From: Camelus dromedarius
Lineage: Eukaryota
Reading direction: 5' to 3'
Assembly (NCBI RefSeq): GCF_036321535.1
Contig: NC_087437.1
Span: 1,550,001-1,614,000 of the forward strand
DNA length: 64,000 nt
This document shows, piece by piece, positions 23,401-36,845 of the stretch. Positions within the stretch are counted from its first letter, which is position 1; each line of letters starts with the position of its first letter. The translations under genes were made by a program, and so were the position numbers. Under the pieces are notes generated by a model, which saw only the letters and a program-made list of their open reading frames with translations, was not told the DNA's origin and did no database searches.

Positions 23401-26400
23401 CCTCAGTGTCGCCCGGAGGAATTGCGGCGGTGTTTCGAGGCTGATGGCCTCTCGGTTCCTCATCATCCTGGCAAGCCCCCAGCTTTCTCCGGCCAGACCT
23501 TGGCAAGTGCCTTCCCTTGTTCTAACAAAAGCCTTCCCACCCTCGCCTGCGGGGAGCTTTTGTTTTCTTAATTGATGGGAATGACGATACCTTCCAGCCT
23601 CCTCAGGCCTTTCCTTAGTGCTTCTGCCCTTAGACCCCGGCAAGGGGGCCCTCCCCAACCCCGCTGCCCTGGGTCCTGAGCTACAGAGGGTCCCTCTGGC
23701 CCTGACACTCCCTCTGGCCACGCCCTCCACGGGATGGATTCAGCAGGGCCAAGGGGACACGCCAAATGGCTCCACCCCGTGCTCTGGAAACCCAGGATCA
23801 CGAATGCCCTGCCCCAGCAGCCCCTGACCCACTTCTAGTGTCTGCACCGGCTCTCGCCAGAGCTCAGCTTCCCAGGACTCACACAGAGGCAACGGTCAGC
23901 TGTTGGCATGGAGGGTATGGACAGAGCCCGGATGTGAGGACTGAGTGTCCCCCTGTGCACCTAAGAGGCCACTTGGGGCATGGGATGGACCCAGCATTGG
24001 GAAGAAAACGGTCAGGCTATTGGTCAGACACTGGGAATCGGCTCTCCCCACACTGTCACTTTCTGTGCGGGACTCCCTTGAGTCTGGGAATTCTAAAGTT
24101 GAGCCTGGCCTTCCCTCTTAGAATGAATGTGTCATTGTAAAGTCAGGAGTTTAGAACCTACCGCGCTTAAAATGTTGACAAATATACGATGGGAACTACC
24201 AGATAAGCTCTGGCCCTGCACTTGCAAAGGACCAGAGCAGTTCTTTTGGCTCTGCTGAGACTGCAAGGGGCAAAGACCTTCTCCAGAGTGGAGGGGCTCC
24301 TGCTTCATGCTCCGAATTCAGGAGCTTCTGAGCGGATGAAACAATGGACACTGAGACCCTCGATTGGAAGTTGCTTTAGAATGACGCCAAAGTTGTGTGT
24401 GACGTGTGTGTGCGTACGCGCTCGCGTACACCTGGGGACGTGTGAGGTACGTGACAGTGACTTTGCGTGTGTGTGCGCGCCTGAGGACGTGGGTGGTTGT
24501 GTGTTATGTTATGGGTGTGTGTGTGGAACATGACTCCGAGTGTGTGCGTGGGGATGTATGTGGAGCAGAGCCAGTGTGTCTGCACGTGTGTTTGGGTGTA
24601 GGTGCATGCAGTAGTTTTAAGAAAAGCAGAAGCTGTCCCTTAGGAGTCTGAAGTAGTAAAACTTGTATGGTGTCCCTCACTGTATAATTCAAAATGAAAA
24701 TAATCTTCAATCACCAGAAATGTACTCCCCCCCCACCCCGATTCTCATTTTTTCCCCGATATGGATTCTGTCTTCATTTTACTGATGGGGAAACTAGCTT
24801 AGAGTTGTTAAGTGACTCAGTCAAGGGCATGGAGCTCGCGAGCCCAGGGCCAGGATGCAGTCCAAGCGGCCCGGCTCCAGAGGCCCTGAAACCTGCTCAC
24901 GACCGCGCGTGGCCTCTTGGCCGGGGAAACAGATTCTGATGGGCAGGGGCCAGCGTGCCGGCTGCCCAAGCCACGGACTCTGCAAGTCGGGTGGAGAGTA
25001 CCAGACAGCAGACGAGGGTAAAGGGCTGCTCAGAAATCAGTTAGCTTCCTAGATCTTCGATGAGTAAGGAGGCTCACTGCTCATCCTCGATCCCTTTGCT
25101 GGTGGCTAAAAGGGACCAAGGCCCACGAGAGCGCTTCTGGGAGCTGCTGCCTACCGAAACCTGGAACAGGACTGCTCAGGACTGGCTCTGCAGCAGGAGT
25201 GAAGGGAGGCAATGTCGCCACCTGGTGGACATCCTGGGTAGTGGCAGTAGGAGGCCTAGCACCCTTGGTATGGAGGTGGCAGGACGAGGTCCTACGGGAT
25301 GATCGTTTCCACGGGTCTTAAAAATCATTGCTTGATATATTTTATCCGCTTTGGGGTTTACTGTAGGATGGTAAACATGGTCTCCGTTACTCCTTCTTAG
25401 CTGGATTGATGAATTGTTTTTGAGGTTAATTTTCTCTTCAGTGATTTGGAAGCTATATTGCCTTTTAAGGAAAATTCTCTCTAAATGTTTACAAATCATC
25501 TCGAAGTTCATAACTCTATATTTAATTCGACCTGTATTGCTACAAGAGCCTCAAAAACGAAATCATCTATTAGATCTTGTTCCTCAATCATGATACATTT
25601 AGCATATTTTACCTCTCTGCTCTTCCCAATGGTGCATGTGTGTGAGCGCGTGATCTACACTTACTGCTTTTTAGACAGTTGCTTTAAGTTTGTTACATTC
25701 ACAATGAAAATATAGGTATAAATAACTTGGATTTCATTACTCACTACCACTACTTAATCCCATGTCTTTCCCATTTTTGAGTTATTTACTTCTTTCCCAA
25801 TCAAATGGAGACATGATTGGCTAATTTTTTTTGAGCGGTGGACTTGGAACCCTTCCCTGTCTATAAGCAGCTTTAGGTTCTTGCCATAACTCGGCTTCAT
25901 TGAGAAGCATGTTTTTACCGTTTCTCAGACGGGCTTCCGCTTTGAAGCACTAAACCGTCTCTGTACTCTTTCTCTCCATGCTTATTCCTGAAAAAGTGAG
26001 CTCTCTACCGGAATAAAGATGCTTCCCGTCAGAGATGTTTGGCTCCCTGTCCCAAGGTCCAGAAGAAGAGAAAAGGAAAGATTCCTGGCTCCGATGCTTC
26101 TGTTCTGTCAGCTGAGAGATCTAGTTATCCGTGTGGCTGCGGTGGAACCTGCAACAACTTGCCTCATAGTTTCCTTTTTCTGGCTTACTAGGGGAGCCGC
26201 ATTAACTGAGGTCACGGCGCTCTGGCCCTTTTCGGGATCCCGGTGCTGAGGCAGCCCCTTCCCCCCACCCCCACTCCTTGTCATTTGGATCGTGCAAACT
26301 GGGTGCCAGCCGTGCGAACCCTGCACCTGGCGGCCAGGATTGCCCCCCAACGCGACGTGTCCCCAGTTCCTCGGCATCCCTCACTGCTACCAGCTAGCTC

Positions 26401-29400
26401 CAGGAAGGGTGCGAACTGGCTTCCACTGCCGTCCTTCCTCCTTCCTGTCCAGGCGGGCCCTCCTTTTGCGCTAGTCGGCCCGAAACCTTCTCTCCTGCGC
26501 TGCATACGCTGAAGAACTGCCTCAACGTTTCCAGCCGCTAGAGGGCGCTCTTCTCCTCTTTTTGGTCCCCTTCAGCGCTGACAGTGGAAATTGAGCAGGT
26601 GGGAAGGGCTTGGGGTTTCTCCGTATCTAGGGGCTCCCGATCCATCAGATTCAACTAAATGCGGGTTGAAAATATTCGGGAAAAAACAGAAAGTTTCAAA
26701 AAGCAACACTTGAATTTGCCACACACACGCAACTGCTTGCATAGCATTGATGTTGCCTTACATACCACGCGTCACCTAGAGATGATTTAAAGTGCACAGG
26801 AGGACACAGCGAAAGAGAATGTGAAAATGAATGTATGCGTATGTTCGTGTATAACTGAAAAATTGTGCTCTACACTGGAATCTGACACAACATTGTCAAA
26901 TGACAGTAACTCGGGGGAAAAAAATGTTTGTATGTAAAAAGTAAAGTACACGGGAAGGTGCGTGTAATTGTCTGTAAGCCCTATGTCATTTTATGCAAGA
27001 GGCATCAGCATCCATGAATGTTGGCATGTGTGGGGAGTCCTGGGACCAGTGCCCCATGGTTACCAAGGGATGACTGGAAGCCCAGGCTCCTCGTCCCAGC
27101 CTGTCATGTCCCCACGTGGTCTGAACCCTGCCTGTGCCACACTCCCCTGGTCACCCTCCTCCAGCCCTGCCAGACTGCCCTCTTCTTCTGGAACAGTCCA
27201 AGCTCACTGCACTTCATGCCTGACCTCTAGTAATACCCGTTACTTTCTGAGCATGGCTCTGCTTCAGAAAGGCGGCCTGCATTGCCACTAGAGAACACAG
27301 GATGGGAGTTCCTTAAAAAACTAACATTGGACTTACCGTATGATCCAGCCTTCCCACGCCTGGGGATATGTGAGGAGAAATCTCTAATTCAAAAAGTCAC
27401 ATGCACCTCAATGCTCACAGCAGCCCTATTTATAACAGCCGGGACGTGGAAAGAAGCCAAACAAACGTCCATCGGCTGGCGAGTGGACAAAGGTGCAGTG
27501 TCCTATTTATGCCATGGAATACTACTCAGCCATGAGAAAGGATAAACCAGTGACATTTGCGGCCACATGTACGGACACAGAGATAGTCATTCTGTGTGAA
27601 GGAAGCCAGAAGAGAGAAAAATGCCGTATGATGCCACTTCCATGCGGAATCTAAACAAAAGTCAGAGACGAAGTTAACGACAAAAGAGGAACAGACCCAC
27701 AGACATAGAGAAACAAACTTACGGTTACCAGGGCGGGAAGGGGGTGGAAAGGGGAAAATATGGGCATTGGAGAATTGCCCCTCTTGGGGAGTGATGGAAA
27801 TGGTAGCTATCTTGATGGTGGTGATGGTTTTCTGGGTGCAGACGTCTATGAAAATTCATCAAATACTACATGTGAGATGTGTCTAATTGACGGAACAGAA
27901 ATCGTACCGCAATAAAGGTGTTTTAATCAAAGAGAGATGGGCTGCATTGTGTCCTATGTTTCTATGTGTCTTCAGGGAGGCCTCAACAGGGCGGTGCTGG
28001 CCTTCCTGCCAACACGATGGCAAGAAGCCCGAACGATCCATCGATGGGAAGAAGATAAGAGCTGTGGTCACATCTGGACCCCAAGCTTAGACATGGTGCG
28101 TGGGTGAAATTTATCGACAATCCGGCGAGGTTCCGGCCAGAGCTATAGGCCGGGGCAGCAAAGCGGGAGCGGCACTAAGGAGCATGGTGGCGCAGAGGCT
28201 GGACTGGGGGCCCGCAGGCTCCTCCCGGGAGGAGCCTCAGAGTTTGGGAGGTGGCTAACGTGCCTGCTTCGTGTCACCAGCAAGTGATGCCACCTGTGGG
28301 CTATCAGCTGGAATCCTGAGCCGGGTCAGCCCTGGGTGATGCGCTAAGGGCTCCTAGCATAGGGGGCGACAGACGGACAGTGAACCAAGCAACAGGCTGC
28401 TGAGTTTGGGGCCTGTGTTTCTCGTGCTTTCCGTGTCTCACTGCACCTCAGTGTCGCCCGGAGGAATTGCGGCGGTGTTTCGAGGCTGATGGCCTCTCGG
28501 TTCCTCATCAGCCTGGCAAGCCCCCAGCTTTCTCCGGCCAGACCTTGGCAAGCGCCTTCCCTTGTTCTAACAAAAGCCTTCCCACCCTCGCCTGCGGGGA
28601 GCTTTTGTTTTCTTAATTGATGGGAATGACGATACCTTCCAGCCTCCTCAGGCCTTTCCTTAGTGCTTCTGCCCTTAGACCCCGGCAAGGGGGCCCTCCC
28701 CAACCCCGCTGCCCTGGGTCCTGAACTACAGAGGGTCCCTCTGGCCCTGACACTCTCTCTGGCCACGCCCTCCACGGGATGGATTCAGCAGGGCCAAGGG
28801 GACACGCCAAATGACTCCACCCCGTGCTCTGGAAACCCAGGATCACGAATGCCCTGCCCCAGCAGCCCCTGACCCACTTCTAGTGTCTGCACCGGCTCTC
28901 GCCAGAGCTCAGCTTCCCAGGACTCACACAGAGGCCAACGGTCAGCTGTTGGCATGGAGGGTATGGACAGAGCCCGGATGTGAGGACTGAGTGTCCCCCT
29001 GTGCACCTAAGAGGCCACTTGGGGCATGGGATGGACCCAGCATTGGGAAGAAAACGGTCAGGCTATTGGTCAGACACTGGGAATCGGCTCTCCCCACACT
29101 GTCACTTTCTGTGCGGGACTCCCTTGAGTCTGGGAATTCTAAAGTTGAGCCTGGCCTTCCCTCTTAGAATGAATGTGTCATTGTAAAGTCAGGAGTTTAG
29201 AACCTACCGCGCTTAAAATGTTGACAAATATACGATGGGAACTACCAGATAAGCTCTGGCCCTGCACTTGCAAAGGACCAGAGCAGTTCTTTTGGCTCTG
29301 CTGAGACTGCAAGGGGCAAAGACCTTCTCCAGAGTGGAGGGGCTCCTGCTTCATGCTCCGAATTCAGGAGCTTCTGAGCGGATGAAACAATGGACACTGA

Positions 29401-32400
29401 GACCCTCGATTGGAAGTTGCTTTAGAATGACGCCAAAGTTGTGTGTGACGTGTGTGTGCGTACGCGCTCGCGTACACCTGGGGACGTGTGAGGTACGTGA
29501 CAGTGACTTTGCGTGTGTGTGCGCGCCTGAGGACGTGGGTGGTTGTGTGTTATGTTATGGGTGTGTGTGTGGAACATGACTCCGAGTGTGTGCGTGGGGA
29601 TGTATGTGGAGCAGAGCCAGTGTGTCTGCACGTGTGTTTGGGTGTAGGTGCATGCAGTAGTTTTAAGAAAAGCAGAAGCTGTCCCTTAGGAGTCTGAAGT
29701 AGTAAAACTTGTATGGTGTCCCTCACTGTATAATTCAAAATGAAAATAATCTTCAATCACCAGAAATGTACTCCCCCCCCACCCCGATTCTCATTTTTTC
29801 CCCGATATGGATTCTGTCTTCATTTTACTGATGGGGAAACTAGCTTAGAGTTGTTAAGTGACTCAGTCAAGGGCATGGAGCTCGCGAGCCCAGGGCCAGG
29901 ATGCAGTCCAAGCGGCCCGGCTCCAGAGGCCCTGAAACCTGCTCACGACCGCGCGTGGCCTCTTGGCCGGGGAAACAGATTCTGATGGGCAGGGGCCAGC
30001 GTGCCGGCTGCCCAAGCCACGGACTCTGCAAGTCGGGTGGAGAGTACCAGACAGCAGACGAGGGTAAAGGGCTGCTCAGAAATCAGTTAGCTTCCTAGAT
30101 CTTCGATGAGTAAGGAGGCTCACTGCTCATCCTCGATCCCTTTGCTGGTGGCTAAAAGGGACCAAGGCCCACGAGAGCGCTTCTGGGAGCTGCTGCCTAC
30201 CGAAACCTGGAACAGGACTGCTCAGGACTGGCTCTGCAGCAGGAGTGAAGGGAGGCAATGTCGCCACCTGGTGGACATCCTGGGTAGTGGCAGTAGGAGG
30301 CCTAGCACCCTTGGTATGGAGGTGGCAGGACGAGGTCCTACGGGATGATCGTTTCCACGGGTCTTAAAAATCATTGCTTGATATATTTTATCCGCTTTGG
30401 GGTTTACTGTAGGATGGTAAACATGGTCTCCGTTACTCCTTCTTAGCTGGATTGATGAATTGTTTTTGAGGTTAATTTTCTCTTCAGTGATTTGGAAGCT
30501 ATATTGCCTTTTAAGGAAAATTCTCTCTAAATGTTTACAAATCATCTCGAAGTTCATAACTCTATATTTAATTCGACCTGTATTGCTACAAGAGCCTCAA
30601 AAACGAAATCATCTATTAGATCTTGTTCCTCAATCATGATACATTTAGCATATTTTACCTCTCTGCTCTTCCCAATGGTGCATGTGTGTGAGCGCGTGAT
30701 CTACACTTACTGCTTTTTAGACAGTTGCTTTAAGTTTGTTACATTCACAATGAAAATATAGGTATAAATAACTTGGATTTCATTACTCACTACCACTACT
30801 TAATCCCATGTCTTTCCCATTTTTGAGTTATTTACTTCTTTCCCAATCAAATGGAGACATGATTGGCTAATTTTTTTTGAGCGGTGGACTTGGAACCCTT
30901 CCCTGTCTATAAGCAGCTTTAGGTTCTTGCCATAACTCGGCTTCATTGAGAAGCATGTTTTTACCGTTTCTCAGACGGGCTTCCGCTTTGAAGCACTAAA
31001 CCGTCTCTGTACTCTTTCTCTCCATGCTTATTCCTGAAAAAGTGAGCTCTCTACCGGAATAAAGATGCTTCCCGTCAGAGATGTTTGGCTCCCTGTCCCA
31101 AGGTCCAGAAGAAGAGAAAAGGAAAGATTCCTGGCTCCGATGCTTCTGTTCTGTCAGCTGAGAGATCTAGTTATCCGTGTGGCTGCGGTGGAACCTGCAA
31201 CAACTTGCCTCATAGTTTCCTTTTTCTGGCTTACTAGGGGAGCCGCATTAACTGAGGTCACGGCGCTCTGGCCCTTTTCGGGATCCCGGTGCTGAGGCAG
31301 CCCCTTCCCCCCACCCCCACTCCTTGTCATTTGGATCGTGCAAACTGGGTGCCAGCCGTGCGAACCCTGCACCTGGCGGCCAGGATTGCCCCCCAACGCG
31401 ACGTGTCCCCAGTTCCTCGGCATCCCTCACTGCTACCAGCTAGCTCCAGGAAGGGTGCGAACTGGCTTCCACTGCCGTCCTTCCTCCTTCCTGTCCAGGC
31501 GGGCCCTCCTTTTGCGCTAGTCGGCCCGAAACCTTCTCTCCTGCGCTGCATACGCTGAAGAACTGCCTCAACGTTTCCAGCCGCTAGAGGGCGCTCTTCT
31601 CCTCTTTTTGGTCCCCTTCAGCGCTGACAGTGGAAATTGAGCAGGTGGGAAGGGCTTGGGGTTTCTCCGTATCTAGGGGCTCCCGATCCATCAGATTCAA
31701 CTAAATGCGGGTTGAAAATATTCGGGAAAAAACAGAAAGTTTCAAAAAGCAACACTTGAATTTGCCACACACACGCAACTGCTTGCATAGCATTGATGTT
31801 GCCTTACATACCACGCGTCACCTAGAGATGATTTAAAGTGCACAGGAGGACACAGCGAAAGAGAATGTGAAAATGAATGTATGCGTATGTTCGTGTATAA
31901 CTGAAAAATTGTGCTCTACACTGGAATCTGACACAACATTGTCAAATGACAGTAACTCGGGGGAAAAAAATGTTTGTATGTAAAAAGTAAAGTACACGGG
32001 AAGGTGCGTGTAATTGTCTGTAAGCCCTATGTCATTTTATGCAAGAGGCATCAGCATCCATGAATGTTGGCATGTGTGGGGAGTCCTGGGACCAGTGCCC
32101 CATGGTTACCAAGGGATGACTGGAAGCCCAGGCTCCTCGTCCCAGCCTGTCATGTCCCCACGTGGTCTGAACCCTGACTGTGCCACACTCCCCTGGTCAC
32201 CCTCCTCCAGCCCTGCCAGACTGCCCTCTTCTTCTGGAACAGTCCAAGCTCACTGCACTTCATGCCTGACCTCTAGTAATACCCGTTACTTTCTGAGCAT
32301 GGCTCTGCTTCAGAAAGGCGGCCTGCATTGCCACTAGAGAACACAGGATGGGAGTTCCTTAAAAAACTAACATTGGACTTACCGTATGATCCAGCCTTCC

Positions 32401-35400
32401 CACGCCTGGGGATATGTGAGGAGAAATCTCTAATTCAAAAAGTCACATGCACCTCAATGCTCACAGCAGCCCTATTTATAACAGCCGGGACGTGGAAAGA
32501 AGCCAAACAAACGTCCATCGGCTGGCGAGTGGACAAAGGTGCAGTGTCCTATTTATGCCATGGAATACTACTCAGCCATGAAAAAGGATAAACCAGTGAC
32601 ATTTGCGGCCACATGTACGGACACAGAGATAGTCATTCTGTGTGAAGGAAGCCAGAAGAGAGAAAAATGCCGTATGATGCCACTTCCATGCGGAATCAAA
32701 ACAAAAGTCAGAGACGAAGTTAACGACAAAAGAGGAACAGACCCACAGACATAGAGAAACAAACTTACGGTTACCAGGGCGGGAAGGGGGTGGAAAGGGG
32801 AAAATATGGGCATTGGAGAATTGCCCCTCTTGGGGAGTGATGGAAATGGTAGCTATCTTGATGGTGGTGATGGTTTTCTGGGTGCAGACGTCTATGAAAA
32901 TTCATCAAATACTACATGTGAGATGTGTCTAATTGACGGAACAGAAATCGTACCGCAATAAAGGTGTTTTAATCAAAGAGAGATGGGCTGCATTGTGTCC
33001 TATGTTTCTATGTGTCTTCAGGGAGGCCTCAACAGGGCGGTGCTGGCCTTCCTGCCAACACGATGGCAAGAAGCCCGAACGATCCATCGATGGGAAGAAG
33101 ATAAGAGCTGTGGTCACATCTGGACCCCAAGCTTAGACATGGTGCGTGGGTGAAATTTATCGACAATCCGGCGAGGTTCCGGCCAGAGCTATAGGCCGGG
33201 GCAGCAAAGCGGGAGCGGCACTAAGGAGCATGGTGGCGCAGAGGCTGGACTGGGGGCCCGCAGGCTCCTCCCGGGAGGAGCCTCAGAGTTTGGGAGGTGG
33301 CTAACGTGCCTGCTTCGTGTCACCAGCGAGTGATGCCACCTGTGGGCAATCAGCTGGAATCCTGAGCCGGGTCAGCCCTGGGTGATGCGCTAAGTGCTCC
33401 AAGCATAGGGGGCGACAGACGGACAGTGAACCAAGCAACAGGCTGCTGAGTTTGGGGCCTGTGTTTCTCGTGCTTTCCGTGTCTCACTGCACCTCAGTGT
33501 CGCCCGGAGGAATTGCGGCGGTGTTTCGAGGCTGATGGCCTCTCGGTTCCTCATCATCCTGGCAAGCCCCCAGCTTTCTCCGGCCAGACCTTGGCAAGCT
33601 CCTTCCCTTGTTCTAACAAAAGCCTTCCCACCCTCGCCTGCGGGGAGCTTTTGTTTTCTTAATTGATGGGAATGACGATACCTTCCAGCCTCCTCAGGCC
33701 TTTCCTTAGTGCTTCTGCCCTTAGACCCCGGCAAGGGGGCCCTCCCCAACCCCGCTGCCCTGGGTCCTGAGCTACAGAGGGTCCCTCTGGCCCTGACACT
33801 CCCTCTGGCCACGCCCTCCACGGGATGGATTCAGCAGGGCCAAGGGGACACGCCAAATGGCTCCACCCCGTGCTCTGGAAACCCAGGATCACGAATGCCC
33901 TGCCCCAGCAGCCCCTGACCCACTTCTAGTGTCTGCACCGGCTCTCGCCAGAGCTCAGCTTCCCAGGACTCACACAGAGGCCAACGGTCAGCTGTTGGCA
34001 TGGAGGGTATGGACAGAGCCCGGATGTGAGGACTGAGTGTCCCCCTGTGCACCTAAGAGGCCACTTGGGGCATGGGATGGACCCAGCATTGGGAAGAAAA
34101 CGGTCAGGCTATTGGTCAGACACTGGGAATCGGCTCTCCCCACACTGTCACTCTCTGTGCGGGACTCCCTTGATTCTGGGAATTCTAAAGTTGAGCCTGG
34201 CCTTCCCTCTTAGAATGAATGTGTCATTGTAAAGTCAGGAGTTTAGAACCTACCGCGCTTAAAATGTTGACAAATATACGATGGGAACTACCAGATAAGC
34301 TCTGGCCCTGCACTTGCAAAGGACCAGAGCAGTTCTTTTGGCTCTGCTGAGACTGCAAGGGGCAAGACCTTCTCCAGAGTGGAGGGGCTCCTGCTTCATG
34401 CTCCGAATTCAGGAGCTTCTGAGCGGATGAAACAATGGACACTGAGACCCTCGATTGGAAGTTGCTTTAGAATGACGCCAAATTTGTGTGTGACGTGTGT
34501 GTGCGTACGCGCTCGCGTACACCTGGGGACGTGTGAGGTACGTGACAGTGACTTTGCGTGTGTGTGCGCGCCTGAGGACGTGGGTGGTTGTGTGTTATGT
34601 TATGGGTGTGTGTGTGGCACATGACTCCGAGTGTGTGCGTGGGGATGTATGTGGAGCAGAGCCAGTGTGTCTGCACGTGTGTTTGGGTGTAGGTGCATGC
34701 AGTAGTTTTAAGAAAAGCAGAAGCTGTCCCTTAGGAGTCTGAAGTAGTAAAACTTGTATGGTGTCCCTCACTGTATAATTCAAAATGAAAATAATCTTCA
34801 ATCACCAGAAATGTACTCCCCCCCACCCCGATTCTCATTTTTTCCCCGATATGGATTCTGTCTTCATTTTACTGATGGGGAAACTAGCTTAGAGTTGTTA
34901 AGTGACTCAGTCAAGGGCATGGAGCTCGCGAGCCCAGGGCCAGGATGCAGTCCAAGCGGCCCGGCTCAAGAGGCCCTGAAACCTGCTCACGACCGCGCGT
35001 GGCCTCTTGGCCGGGGAAACAGATTCTGATGGGCAGGGGCCAGCGTGCCAGCTGCCCAAGCCACGGACTCTGCAAGTCGGGTGGAGAGTACCAGACAGCA
35101 GACGAGGGTAAAGGGCTGCTCAGAAATCAGTTAGCTTCCTAGATCTTCGATGAGTAAGGAGGCTCACTGCTCATCCTCGATCCCTTTGCTGGTGGCTAAA
35201 AGGGACCAAGGCCCACGAGAGCGCTTCTGGGAGCTGCCTGCCGAACCCTGGAACAGGACTGCTCAGGACTGGCTCTGCAGCAGGAGCGAAGGGAGGCAAT
35301 GACGCCACCTGGTGGACATCCTGGGTAGTGGCGGTAGGAGGCCTAGCACCCTTGTTATGGAGTTGGCAGGACGAGGTCCTACGGGATGATCGTTTCCACG

Positions 35401-36827
35401 GGTCTTAAAAATCATTGCTTGATATATTTTATCCGCTTTGGGGTTTACTGTAGGATGGTAAATATGGTCTCCGTTACTCCTTCTTAGCTGGATTGATGAA
35501 TTGTTTTTGAGGTTAATTTTCTCTTCAGTGATTTGGAAGCTATATTGCCTTTTAAGGAAAATTCTCTCTAAATGTTTACAAATCATCTCGAAGTTCATAA
35601 CTCTATATTTAATTCGACCAGTATTGCTACAAGAGCCTCAAAAACGAAATCATCTATTAGATCTTGTTTCTCAATCATGATACATTTAGCATATTTTACC
35701 TCTCTGCTCTTCCCAATGGTGCATGTGTGTGAGCGCGTGATCTACACTTACTGCTTTTTAGACAGTTGCTTTAAGTTTGTTACATTCACAATGAAAATAT
35801 AGGTATAAATAACTTGGATTTCATTACTCACTACCACTACTTAATCCCATGTCTTTCCCATTTTTGAGTTATTTACTTCTTTCCCAATCAAATGGAGACA
35901 TGATTGGCTAATTTTTTTTGAGCGGTGGACTTGGAACCCTTCCCTGTCTATAAGCAGCTTTAGGTTCTTGCCATAACTCGGCTTCATTGAGAAGCATGTT
36001 TTTACCGTTTCTCAGACGGGCTTCCGCTTTGAAGCACTAAACCGTCTCTGTACTCTTTCTCTCCATGCTTATTCCTGAAAAAGTGAGCTCTCTACCGGAA
36101 TAAAGATGCTTCCCGTCAGAGATGTTTGGCTCCCTGTCCCAAGGTCCAGAAGAAGAGAAAAGGAAAGATTCCTGGCTCCGATGCTTCTGTTCTGTCAGCT
36201 GAGAGATCTAGTTATCCGTGTGGCTGCGGTGGAACCTGCAACAACTTGCCTCATAGTTTCCTTTTTCTGGCTTACTAGGGGAGCCGCAGTAACTGAGGTC
36301 ACGGCGCTCTGGCCCTTTTCGGGATCCCGGTGCTGAGGCAGCCCCTTCCCCCCACCCCCACTCCTTGTCATTTGGATCGTGCAAACTGGGTGCCAGCCGT
36401 GCGAACCCTGCACCTGGCGGCCAGGATTGCCCCCCCACGCGACGTGTCCCCAGTTCCTCGGCATCCCTCACTGCTACCAGCTAGCTCCAGGAAGGGTGCG
36501 AGCTGGCTTCCACTGCCGTCCTTCCTCCTTCCTGTCCAGGCGGGCCCTCCTTTTGCGCTAGTCGGCCCGAAACCTTCTCTCCTGCGCTGCATACGCTGAA
36601 GAACTGCCTCAACGTTTCCAGCCGCTAGAGGGCGCTCTTCTCCTCTTTTTGGTCCCCTTCAGCGCTGACAGTGGAAATTGAGCAGGTGGGAAGGGCTTGG
36701 GGGTTCTCCGTATCTAGGGGCTCCCGATCCATCAGATTCAACTAAATGCGGGTTGAAAATATTCGGGAAAAAACAGAAAGTTTCAAAAAGCAACACTTGA
36801 ATTTGCCACACACACGCAACTGCTTGC

Positions 36828-36845
36828 ACGCAGCGCTCGACTGTT
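36828..36845 (+). other. Foreign 18-mer ACGCAGCGCTCGACTGTT replacing the array consensus (site 1, unit 8)
   Basis: The other consensus-type units read atagcattgatgttgcct here. 15 of 18 positions differ, flanks are exactly colinear and there is no length change. Confidence 0.95.
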
